NCBI RefSeq assembly: GCF_044704955.1
Contig: NC_091984.1
Span: 159,464,001 to 159,528,000 of the forward strand
From: Pristiophorus japonicus
Taxonomy: Eukaryota
Direction: 5' to 3'
Length of the DNA stretch: 64,000 bases
Notes under the pieces: model-generated
The model's database searches: none
Told to the model about the DNA's origin: nothing
Seen by the model: only the letters and a program-made list of their open reading frames with translations
Translations under genes and position numbers: made by a program
Shown: one piece after another, positions 29,101 through 41,100 of the stretch
How the letters are laid out: every line of letters starts with the position of its first letter
Position numbering within the stretch: the stretch's first letter is position 1

Positions 29101-32100
29101 AAATCAAATTAAAATTTGGTTGCCGGGCGTGATGATGCACTCCAGTCCCTCCGGTGCCCACCTCTCGTTCCTTGTGCATGAAACTCTTTTAGAGTCTACC
29201 TGCAAAACATAAACATTAAACTGTGCCACCCGACCAGACATTTACAAGGCCCTTTTTTTCCTTTTTTTTGTTTTTTTTTTGTGTTTTGTTTTTTTTTGGG
29301 CACTAAAATCACAATTTCTCCGGTGCCCCCTATAAAAGGGAAGGGGACACTAAAAGCACCGGCAATTAAAACAAATTAAACTTTAAAACGTAAAATCAAA
29401 TTAAAATTTGGTTGCCGGGCGTGATGATGCACTCCAGTCCCTCCGGTGCCCACCTCTCGTTCCTTGTGCATGAAACTCTTTTGAGTTAACCTGCAGAAAC
29501 ATAAAACATTAAAACCATGCCACCCGACCTGGGTGACACAGCAGACATTTTCAAGGCCCCCTTTTTTTTTTTTTTTTTTTTTTTTGGCGCTAAAATCAAA
29601 TTTTTCCAGTGCCCCCTATAAAAGGGGAGGGGGACACTAAAAGCACCGGCAATTAAAACAAATTAAACTTAAAAAACGTAAAATCAAATTAAAATTTGGT
29701 TGCCGGGCGTGATGATGCACTCCAGTCCCTCCGGTGCCCACCTCTCGTTCCTTGTGCATGAAACTCTTTTGAGTTTACCTGCGAAAACATAAAACATTAA
29801 ACGGTGCCACCCGACCTGGGTGACACTCCAGACATTTACAAGGCCCTTTTTTTTTCCCCCCCTTTTTTTTTGTGTTTTTCTTTTTTTGTTTTTTTTTTTT
29901 GGGCACTAAATTCACAATTTTCCCCAGTGCCCCCTATAAAAGGGAAGGGGACACTAAAAACACCGGCAATTAAAACAAATTAAACTTTAAAACGTAAAAT
30001 CAAATTAAAATTTGGTTGCCGGGCGTGATGATGCACTCCAGTCCCTCCGGTGCCCACCTCTCGCGGAAGGCCGCGAGCGTACCGGTGGACACCGCGTGCT
30101 CCATCTCCAAGGACACCCTGGACCGGATGTAAGAGCGGAAGAGAGGCAGGCAGTCAGGTTGAACGACCCCCTCGACCGCCCGCTGCCTGGACCGGCTGAT
30201 GGCACCCTTGGCCGTGCCCAGGAGCAGTCCTACGAGGAGGCCTTCGGACCTACCCGCTCCCCTCCGCACAGGGTGCCCAAAGATCAGGAGAGTGGGACTG
30301 AAGTGCAGCCAGAATTTCAGGAGCAGCCCCTTCAAATAGTGGAACAGGGGCTGCAACCTCGTGCACTCAATAAAAACATGGAACACGGACTCCTCCAGAC
30401 CGCAGAAATTGCAGGCGGCCTGGGAGTCCGTGAACCGGCTTAAAAATTTGTTGCACGGCACTGCTCCGTGCACCACCCTCCAGGCCAAGTCCCCGATGAA
30501 TAGTGGGAGGACCCCTGCGTAGAGTGCCCTCCATCGGGGACCCCCGCCTCCTCCGGACGGCAAGATGGTACGCCATGGCGTGTCCGGACGGCCGGCGAGG
30601 ATGGCAAAGTTGAGGGTGTGCAGGAGCAGCCCGTACAGGAAACCCCTCCGCGCGGAACTGAAAGGCACGGAGGGGATTTCCCCGAGGCGGCTCAAGTTGT
30701 GAGGCGCCGGCCCCCGAGGGAGGTTCCGGGGTTTGGCGCCGATGAGGAATTCCGTCCGGACGGGGGTCAGTTCGGACGGGATCTCCCCACGTGCTTGAGC
30801 CTCCTCGATGCACCTAACGGAGTCAGGGCCCAGAGCTGTTTTTTCCTTGTGCATGAATCCCAAAAAGTTAGTTTGCAGGTGCAGCAGGTAATCAGGAAGG
30901 CGAATGGCATGTTGGCCTTCATAGCGAGAGGGATGGAGTACAAAAGCAGGAAGGTCCTGCTGCAACTGTACAGGGTATTGGTGAGGCTGCACCTGGAGTA
31001 CTGCGTGCAGTTTTGGTCACCTTACTTAAGGAAGGATATACTAGCTTTGGAGGGGTTACAGAGACGATTCACTAGGCTGATTCCGGAGATGAGGGGTATA
31101 CCTTATGATGATAGATTGAGTAGACTGGGTCTTTACTCGTTGGAGTTCAGAAGGATGAGGGGTGATCTTATAGAAACATTTAAAATAATGAAAGGGATAG
31201 ACAAGATAAAGGCGGAGGGGTTGTTTCCACTGGTCGGGGAGACTAGAACTAGGGGGCACAGCCTCAAAATACGGGGGAGTCAATTTAAAACTGAGTTGAG
31301 AAGGAATTTCTTCTCCCAGAGGGTTGTGAATCTGTGGAATTCTCTGCCCAAGGAAGCAGTTGAGGCTAGCTCATTGAATGTATTCAAATCACAAATAGAT
31401 AGATTTTTAGCCAATAAGGGAATTAAGGGTTACGGGGAGCGGGTGGGTAAGTGGAGCTGAGTCCACGGCCAGATCAGCCGTGATCTTGTTGAATGGCGGA
31501 GCAGGCTCGAGGGGCTAGATGGCCTACTCCTGTTCCTAATTCTTATGTTCTTATTCTTCACATGCTTAAATCAACACTTGTTGCAGTATCTTCGAGTCTT
31601 ATCTCATTCTTTCTCGGGTCCTCCGACCTATGGACCTCGGTTCCTCGTGAACATTTTCTCTTCCTCTGATAGTCAACAGGCTTTTAAACCTCAACCTAAT
31701 CCCCACAGGGCAGAGTGTGTGCAGGGCTCCCCTAATAACCCAATCCCCACAGGGCAGTGTGTGTGCGAAGCTCCCCAGATAACCCAATCCCCACAGGGCA
31801 GTGTGTGGTTCCCCTGATAATCCAATCCCCACAGGGCAGTGTGTGTGCGAAGCTCCCCAGATAACCCAATCCCCACAGGGCAGTGTGTGCGGGGCTCCCC
31901 TGATAACTCAATCCCCACAGGGCAGTGTGTGTGGCGAAGCTCCCCAGATAACCCAATCCCCACAGGGCAGTGTGTGGTTCCCCTGATAATCCAATCCCCA
32001 CAGGGCAGTGTGTGCGCGAAGCTCCCCTGATAATCCAATCCCCTCAGGGCAGTGTGTGCGGGGCTCCCCTGATAACCCAATCCCCACAGGGCAGTGTATG

Positions 32101-35100
32101 TGGGGCTCCCCTGATAACCCAATCCCCACAGGGCAGTGTGTGCGGGGCTCCCCAGATAACCCAATCCCTACAGGGCAGTGTGTGGTTCCCCTGATAACCC
32201 AAACCCCACAGGGCAGTGTGTGCGGGGCTCCCCAGATAACCCAATCCCCACAGGGCAGTGTGTGCGGGGCTCCCCAGATAACCCAATCCCCACAGGGCAG
32301 TGTGTGGTTCCCCTGATAACCCAAACCCCACAGGGCAGTGTGTGCGGGGCTCCCCAGATAACCCAATCCCCACAGGGCAGTGTGTGGTTCCCCTGATAAC
32401 CCAAACCCCACAGGGCAGTGTGTGCGGGGCTCCCCAGATAACCCAATCCCCACAGGGCAGTGTGTGGTTCCCTTGATAATCCAATCCCCACAGGGCAGTG
32501 TGTGCGGGGCTCCCCTGATAACCCAATCCCCACAGGGCAGTGTGTGCGGGGCTCCCCTGATAACCCAAACCCCACAGGGCAGTGTGTGCGGGGCTCCCCT
32601 GATAATCCAATCCCCACAGGGCAGTGTGTGGTTCCCCTGATAATCCAATCCCCACAGGGCAGTGTGTGCGGGGCTCCCCTGATAACCCAATCCCCACAGG
32701 GCAGTGTGTGCGGGGCTCGTCTGATAACCCAATCCCCACAGGGCAGTGTGTGCGGGGCTCGTCTGATAACTCAATCCCCACAGGGCAGTGTGTGCGGGGC
32801 TCGTCTGATAACCCAATCCCCACAGGGCAGTGTGTGGTTCCCCTGATAACCCAATCCCCACAGGGCAGTGTGTGCGGTGCTCGTCTGATAACCCAATCCC
32901 CACAGGGCAGTGTGTGGTTCCCCTGATAACCCAATCCCCACAGGGCAGTGTGTGCGGGGCTCCCAGATAACCCAATCCCCACAGGGCAGTTTGTGGTTCC
33001 CCTGATAATCCAAACCCCACAGGGCAGTGTGTGGTTCCCCTGATAACCCAAACCCCACAGGGCAGTGTGTGCGGGGCTCTCCAGATAACCCAATCCCCAC
33101 AGGGCAGTGTGTGGTTCCCCTGATAACCCAATCCCCACAGGGCAGTGTGTGGTTCCCCTGATAATCCAATCCCCACAGGGCAGTGTGTGGTTCCCCTGAT
33201 AATCCAATCCCCACAGGGCAGTGTGTGCGGGGCTCCCCTGATAACCCAATCCCCACAGGGCAGTGTGTGGTTCCCCTGATAATCCAATCCCCACAGGGCA
33301 GTGTGTGCGGGGCTCCCCTGATAACCCAATCCCCACAGGGCAGTGTGTGTGGGGCTCCCCTGATAACCCAATCCCCACAGGGCAGTGTGTGCGGGGCTCC
33401 CCAGATAACCCAATCCCCACAGGGCAGTGTGTGGTTCCCCTGATAATCCAATCCCCACAGGGCAGTGTGTGCGCGAAGCTCCCCTGATAATCCAATCCCC
33501 ACAGGGCAGTGTGTGCGGGGCTCCCCTGATAACCCAATCCCCACAGGGCAGTGTGTGTGGGGCTCCCCTGATAACCCAATCCCCACAGGGCAGTGTGTGC
33601 GGGGCTCCCCAGATAACCCAATCCCTACAGGGCAGTGTGTGGTTCCCCTGATAACCCAAACCCCACAGGGCAGTGTGTGCGGGGCTCCCCAGATAACCCA
33701 ATCCCCACAGGGCAGTGTGTGCGGGGCTCCCCAGATAACCCAATCCCCACAGGGCAGTGTGTGGTTCCCCTGATAACCCAAACCCCACAGGGCAGTGTGT
33801 GCGGGGCTCCCCAGATAACCCAATCCCCACAGGGCAGTGTGTGGTTCCCCTGATAACCCAAACCCCACAGGGCAGTGTGTGCGGGGCTCACCAGATAACC
33901 CAATCCCCACAGGGCAGTGTGTGGTTCCCTTGATAATCCAATCCCCACAGGGCAGTGCGTGCGGGGCTCCCCTGATAACCCAATCCCCACAGGGCAGTGT
34001 GTGCGGGGCTCCCCTGATAACCCAAACCCCACAGGGCAGTGTGTGCGGGGCTCCCCTGATAATCCAATCCCCACAGGGCAGTGTGTGGTTCCCCTGATAA
34101 TCCAATCCCCACAGGGCAGTGTGTGCGGGGCTCCCCTGATAACCCAATCCCCACAGGGCAGTGTGTGCGGGGCTCGTCTGATAACCCAATCCCCACAGGG
34201 CAGTGTGTGCGGAGCTCCCCAGATAACCCAATCCCCACAGGGCAGTGTGTGCGAGGCTCGTCTGATAACTCAATCCCCACAGGGCAGTGTGTGCGGGGCT
34301 CGTCTGATAACCCAATCCCCACAGGGCAGTGTGTGGTTCCCCTGATAACCCAATCCCCACAGGGCAGTGTGTGCGGTGCTCGTCTGATAACCCAATCCCC
34401 ACAGGGCAGTGTGTGGTTCCCCTGATAACCCAATCCCCACAGGGCAGTGTGTGCGGGGCTCCCAGATAACCCAATCCCCACAGGGCAGTGTGTGGTTCCC
34501 CTGATAATCCAAACCCCACAGGGCAGTGTGTGGTTCCCCTGATAACCCAAACCCCACAGGGCAGTGTGTGCGGGGCTCTCCAGATAACCCAATCCCCACA
34601 GGGCAGTGTGTGGTTCCCCTGATAACCCAATCCCCACAGGGCAGTGTGTGGTTCCCCTGATAATCCAATCCCCACAGGGCAGTGTGTGGTTCCCCTGATA
34701 ATCCAATCCCCACAGGGCAGTGTGTGCGGGGCTCCCCTGATAACCCAATCCCCACAGGGCAGTGTGTGGTTCCCCTGATAATCCAATCCCCACAGGGCAG
34801 TGTGTGCGGGGCTCCCCTGATAACCCAATCCCCACAGGGCAGTGTGTGGTTCCCCTGATAATCCAAACCCCACAGGGCAGTGTGTGGTTCCCCTGATAAT
34901 CCAAACCCCACAGGGCAGTGTGTGGTTCCCCTGATAATCCAAACCCCACAGGGCAGTGTGCGGGGCTCCCCTGATAAACCAATCCCCACAGGGCAGTGTG
35001 TGCGGGGCTCCCCAGATAACCCAAACCCCACAGGGCAGTGTGTGCGGGGCTCCCCTGATAATCCAAACCCCACAGGGCAGTGTGTGCGAAGCTCCCCTGA

Positions 35101-38100
35101 TAATCCAATCCCCACAGGGCAGTGTGTGCGGGGCTCCCCTGATAATCCAAACCCCACAGGGCAGTGTGTGCGGGGCTCCCCTGATAATCCAAACCCCACA
35201 GGGCAGTGTGTGCGAAGCTCCCCAGATAATCCAATCCCCACAGGGCAGTGTGTGCGGGGCTCCCCTGATAATCCAAACCCCACAGGGCAGTGTGTGCGGG
35301 GCTCCCCTGATAATCCAATCCCCACAGGGCAGTGTGTGCGGGGCTCCCCTGATAATCCAAACCCCACAGGGCAGTGTGTGCGGGGCTCCCCTGATAACTC
35401 AATCCCCACAGGGCAGTGTGTGTGGCGAAGCTCCCCAGATAACCCAATCCCCACAGGGCAGTGTGTGGTTCCCCTGATAATCCAATCCCCACAGGGCAGT
35501 GTGTGCGCGAAGCTCCCCTGATAATCCAATCCCCACAGGGCAGTGTGTGCGGGGCTCCCCTGATAACCCAATCCCCACAGGGCAGTGTATGTGGGGCTCC
35601 CCTGATAACCCAATCCCCACAGGGCAGTGTGTGCGGGGCTCCCCAGATAACCCAATCCCTACAGGGCAGTGTGTGGTTCCCCTGATAACCCAATCCCCAC
35701 AGGGCAGTGTGTGCGGGGCTCCCCAGATAACCCAATCCCCACAGGGCAGTGTGTGGTTCCCCTGATAACCCAAACCCCACAGGGCAGTGTGTGCGGGGCT
35801 CCCCAGATAACCCAATCCCCACAGGGCAGTGTGTGGTTCCCTTGATAATCCAATCCCCACAGGGCAGTGTGTGCGGGGCTCCCCTGATAACCCAATCCCC
35901 ACAGGGCAGTGTGTGCGGGGCTCCCCTGATAACCCAAACCCCACAGGGCAGTGTGTGCGGGGCTCCCCTGATAATCCAATCCCCACAGGGCAGTGTGTGG
36001 TTCCCCTGATAATCCAATCCCCACAGGGCAGTGTGTGCGGGGCTCCCCTGATAACCCAATCCCCACAGGGCAGTGTGTGCGGGGCTCGTCTGATAACCCA
36101 ATCCCCACAGGGCAGTGTGTGCGGGGCTCGTCTGATAACTCAATCCCCACAGGGCAGTGTGTGCGGGGCTCGTCTGATAACCCAATCCCCACAGGGCAGT
36201 GTGTGGTTCCCCTGATAACCCAATCCCCACAGGGCAGTGTGTGCGGTGCTCGTCTGATAACCCAATCCCCACAGGGCAGTGTGTGGTTCCCCTGATAACC
36301 CAATCCCCACAGGGCAGTGTGTGCGGGGCTCCCAGATAACCCAATCCCCATAGGGCAGTGTGTGGTTCCCCTGATAATCCAAACCCCACAGGGCAGTGTG
36401 TGGTTCCCCTGATAACCCAAACCCCACAGGGCAGTGTGTGCGGGGCTCTCCAGATAACCCAATCCCCACAGGGCAGTGTGTGGTTCCCCTGATAACCCAA
36501 TCCCCACAGGGCAGTGTGTGGTTCCCCTGATAATCCAATCCCCACAGGGCAGTGTGTGGTTCCCCTGATAATCCAATCCCCACAGGGCAGTGTGTGCGGG
36601 GCTCCCCTGATAACCCAATCCCCACAGGGCAGTGTGTGGTTCCCCTGATAATCCAATCCCCACAGGGCAGTGTGTGCGGGGCTCCCCTGATAACCCAATC
36701 CCCACAGGGCAGTGTGTGTGGGGCTCCCCTGATAACCCAGTCCCCACAGGGCAGTGTGTGCGGGGCTCCCCTGATAACCCAATCCCCACAGGGCAGTGTG
36801 TGCGGGGCTCCCCAGATAACCCAATCCCCACAGGGCAGTGTGTGCGGGGCTCCCCAGATAACCCAATCCCCACAGGGCAGTGTGTGGTTCCCCTGATAAC
36901 CCAAACCCCACAGGGCAGTGTGTGCGGGGCTCCCCAGATAACCCAATCCCCACAGGGCAGTGTGTGGTTCCCCTGATAACCCAAACCCCACAGGGCAGTG
37001 TGTGCGGGGCTCACCAGATAACCCAATCCCCACAGGGCAGTGTGTGGTTCCCTTGATAATCCAATCCCCACAGGGCAGTGCGTGCGGGGCTCCCCTGATA
37101 ACCCAATCCCCACAGGGCAGTGTGTGCGGGGCTCCCCTGATAACCCAAACCCCACAGGGCAGTGTGTGCGGGGCTCCCCTGATAATCCAATCCCCACAGG
37201 GCAGTGTGTGGTTCCCCTGATAATCCAATCCCCACAGGGCAGTGTGTGCGGGGCTCCCCTGATAACCCAATCCCCACAGGGCAGTGTGTGCGGGGCTCGT
37301 CTGATAACCCAATCCCCACAGGGCAGTGTGTGCGGAGCTCCCCAGATAACCCAATCCCCACAGGGCAGTGTGTGCGAGGCTCGTCTGATAACTCAATCCC
37401 CACAGGGCAGTGTGTGCGGGGCTCGTCTGATAACCCAATCCCCACAGGGCAGTGTGTGGTTCCCCTGATAACCCAATCCCCACAGGGCAGTGTGTGCGGT
37501 GCTCGTCTGATAACCCAATCCCCACAGGGCAGTGTGTGGTTCCCCTGATAACCCAATCCCCACAGGGCAGTGTGTGCGGGGCTCCCAGATAACCCAATCC
37601 CCACAGGGCAGTGTGTGGTTCCCCTGATAATCCAAACCCCACAGGGCAGTGTGTGGTTCCCCTGATAACCCAAACCCCACAGGGCAGTGTGTGCGGGGCT
37701 CTCCAGATAACCCAATCCCCACAGGGCAGTGTGTGGTTCCCCTGATAACCCAATCCCCACAGGGCAGTGTGTGGTTCCCCTGATAATCCAATCCCCACAG
37801 GGCAGTGTGTGGTTCCCCTGATAATCCAATCCCCACAGGGCAGTGTGTGCGGGGCTCCCCTGATAACCCAATCCCCACAGGGCAGTGTGTGGTTCCCCTG
37901 ATAATCCAATCCCCACAGGGCAGTGTGTGCGGGGCTCCCCTGATAACCCAATCCCCACAGGGCAGTGTGTGGTTCCCCTGATAATCCAAACCCCACAGGG
38001 CAGTGTGTGGTTCCCCTGATAATCCAAACCCCACAGGGCAGTGTGTGGTTCCCCTGATAATCCAAACCCCACAGGGCAGTGTGCGGGGCTCCCCTGATAA

Positions 38101-41100
38101 ACCAATCCCCACAGGGCAGTGTGTGCGGGGCTCCCCAGATAACCCAAACCCCACAGGGCAGTGTGTGCGGGGCTCCCCTGATAATCCAAACCCCACAGGG
38201 CAGTGTGTGCGAAGCTCCCCTGATAATCCAATCCCCACAGGGCAGTGTGTGCGGGGCTCCCCTGATAATCCAAACCCCACAGGGCAGTGTGTGCGGGGCT
38301 CCCCTGATAATCCAAACCCCACAGGGCAGTGTGTGCGAAGCTCCCCAGATAATCCAATCCCCACAGGGCAGTGTGTGCGGGGCTCCCCTGATAATCCAAA
38401 CCCCACAGGGCAGTGTGTGCGGGGCTCCCCTGATAATCCAATCCCCACAGGGCAGTGTGTGCGGGGCTCCCCTGATAATCCAAACCCCACAGGGCAGTGT
38501 GTGCGGGGCTCCCCTGATAACTCAATCCCCACAGGGCAGTGTGTGTGGCGAAGCTCCCCAGATAACCCAATCCCCACAGGGCAGTGTGTGGTTCCCCTGA
38601 TAATCCAATCCCCACAGGGCAGTGTGTGCGCGAAGCTCCCCTGATAATCCAATCCCCACAGGGCAGTGTGTGCGGGGCTCCCCTGATAACCCAATCCCCA
38701 CAGGGCAGTGTATGTGGGGCTCCCCTGATAACCCAATCCCCACAGGGCAGTGTGTGCGGGGCTCCCCAGATAACCCAATCCCTACAGGGCAGTGTGTGGT
38801 TCCCCTGATAACCCAATCCCCACAGGGCAGTGTGTGCGGGGCTCCCCAGATAACCCAATCCCCACAGGGCAGTGTGTGGTTCCCCTGATAACCCAAACCC
38901 CACAGGGCAGTGTGTGCGGGGCTCCCCAGATAACCCAATCCCCACAGGGCAGTGTGTGGTTCCCTTGATAATCCAATCCCCACAGGGCAGTGTGTGCGGG
39001 GCTCCCCTGATAACCCAATCCCCACAGGGCAGTGTGTGCGGGGCTCCCCTGATAACCCAAACCCCACAGGGCAGTGTGTGCGGGGCTCCCCTGATAATCC
39101 AATCCCCACAGGGCAGTGTGTGGTTCCCCTGATAATCCAATCCCCACAGGGCAGTGTGTGCGGGGCTCCCCTGATAACCCAATCCCCACAGGGCAGTGTG
39201 TGCGGGGCTCGTCTGATAACCCAATCCCCACAGGGCAGTGTGTGCGGGGCTCGTCTGATAACTCAATCCCCACAGGGCAGTGTGTGCGGGGCTCGTCTGA
39301 TAACCCAATCCCCACAGGGCAGCGTGTGGTTCCCCTGATAACCCAATCCCCACAGGGCAGTGTGTGCGGTGCTCGTCTGATAACCCAATCCCCACAGGGC
39401 AGTGTGTGGTTCCCCTGATAACCCAATCCCCACAGGGCAGTGTGTGCGGGGCTCCCAGATAACCCAATCCCCATAGGGCAGTGTGTGGTTCCCCTGATAA
39501 TCCAAACCCCACAGGGCAGTGTGTGGTTCCCCTGATAACCCAAACCCCACAGGGCAGTGTGTGCGGGGCTCTCCAGATAACCCAATCCCCACAGGGCAGT
39601 GTGTGGTTCCCCTGATAACCCAATCCCCACAGGGCAGTGTGTGGTTCCCCTGATAATCCAATCCCCACAGGGCAGTGTGTGGTTCCCCTGATAATCCAAT
39701 CCCCACAGGGCAGTGTGTGCGGGGCTCCCCTGATAACCCAATCCCCACAGGGCAGTGTGTGGTTCCCCTGATAATCCAATCCCCACAGGGCAGTGTGTGC
39801 GGGGCTCCCCTGATAACCCAATCCCCACAGGGCAGTGTGTGTGGGGCTCCCCTGATAACCCAGTCCCCACAGGGCAGTGTGTGCGGGGCTCCCCAGATAA
39901 CCCAATCCCCACAGGGCAGTGTGTGGTTCCCCTGATAATCCAATCCCCACAGGGCAGTGTGTGCGCGAAGCTCCCCTGATAATCCAATCCCCACAGGGCA
40001 GTGTGTGCGGGGCTCCCCTGATAACCCAATCCCCACAGGGCAGTGTGTGTGGGGCTCCCCTGATAACCCAATCCCCACAGGGCAGTGTGTGCGGGGCTCC
40101 CCAGATAACCCAATCCCTACAGGGCAGTGTGTGGTTCCCCTGATAACCCAAACCCCACAGGGCAGTGTGTGCGGGGCTCCCCAGATAACCCAATCCCCAC
40201 AGGGCAGTGTGTGCGGGGCTCCCCAGATAACCCAATCCCCACAGGGCAGTGTGTGGTTCCCCTGATAACCCAAACCCCACAGGGCAGTGTGTGCGGGGCT
40301 CCCCAGATAACCCAATCCCCACAGGGCAGTGTGTGGTTCCCCTGATAACCCAAACCCCACAGGGCAGTGTGTGCGGGGCTCCCCAGATAACCCAATCCCC
40401 ACAGGGCAGTGTGTGGTTCCCTTGATAATCCAATCCCCACAGGGCAGTGCGTGCGGGGCTCCCCTGATAACCCAATCCCCACAGGGCAGTGTGTGCGGGG
40501 CTCCCCTGATAACCCAAACCCCACAGGGCAGTGTGTGCGGGGCTCCCCTGATAATCCAATCCCCACAGGGCAGTGTGTGGTTCCCCTGATAATCCAATCC
40601 CCACAGGGCAGTGTGTGCGGGGCTCCCCTGATAACCCAATCCCCACAGGGCAGTGTGTGCGGGGCTCGTCTGATAACCCAATCCCCACAGGGCAGTGTGT
40701 GCGGGGCTCGTCTGATAACTCAATCCCCACAGGGCAGTGTGTGCGGGGCTCGTCTGATAACCCAATCCCCACAGGGCAGTGTGTGGTTCCCCTGATAACC
40801 CAATCCCCACAGGGCAGTGTGTGCGGTGCTCGTCTGATAACCCAATCCCCACAGGGCAGTGTGTGGTTCCCCTGATAATCCAAACCCCACAGGGCAGTGT
40901 GTGGTTCCCCTGATAACCCAAACCCCACAGGGCAGTGTGTGCGGGGCTCTCCAGATAACCCAATCCCCACAGGGCAGTGTGTGGTTCCCCTGATAACCCA
41001 ATCCCCACAGGGCAGTGTGTGGTTCCCCTGATAATCCAATCCCCACAGGGCAGTGTGTGCGGGGCTCCCCTGATAACCCAATCCCCACAGGGCAGTGTGT

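Noticed and set aside
29195-29210. Tx1 tail matching the target flank (tttgcaggt) as RNA-guided targeting
   Set aside because: Only 6-9 nt, variable between copies and absent from copy 1; consistent with chance.
30000-31460. ORFs of 330 aa (-) and 280 aa (+) as novel genes
   Set aside because: Chimeric read-throughs across the Tx1/CR1 junction.
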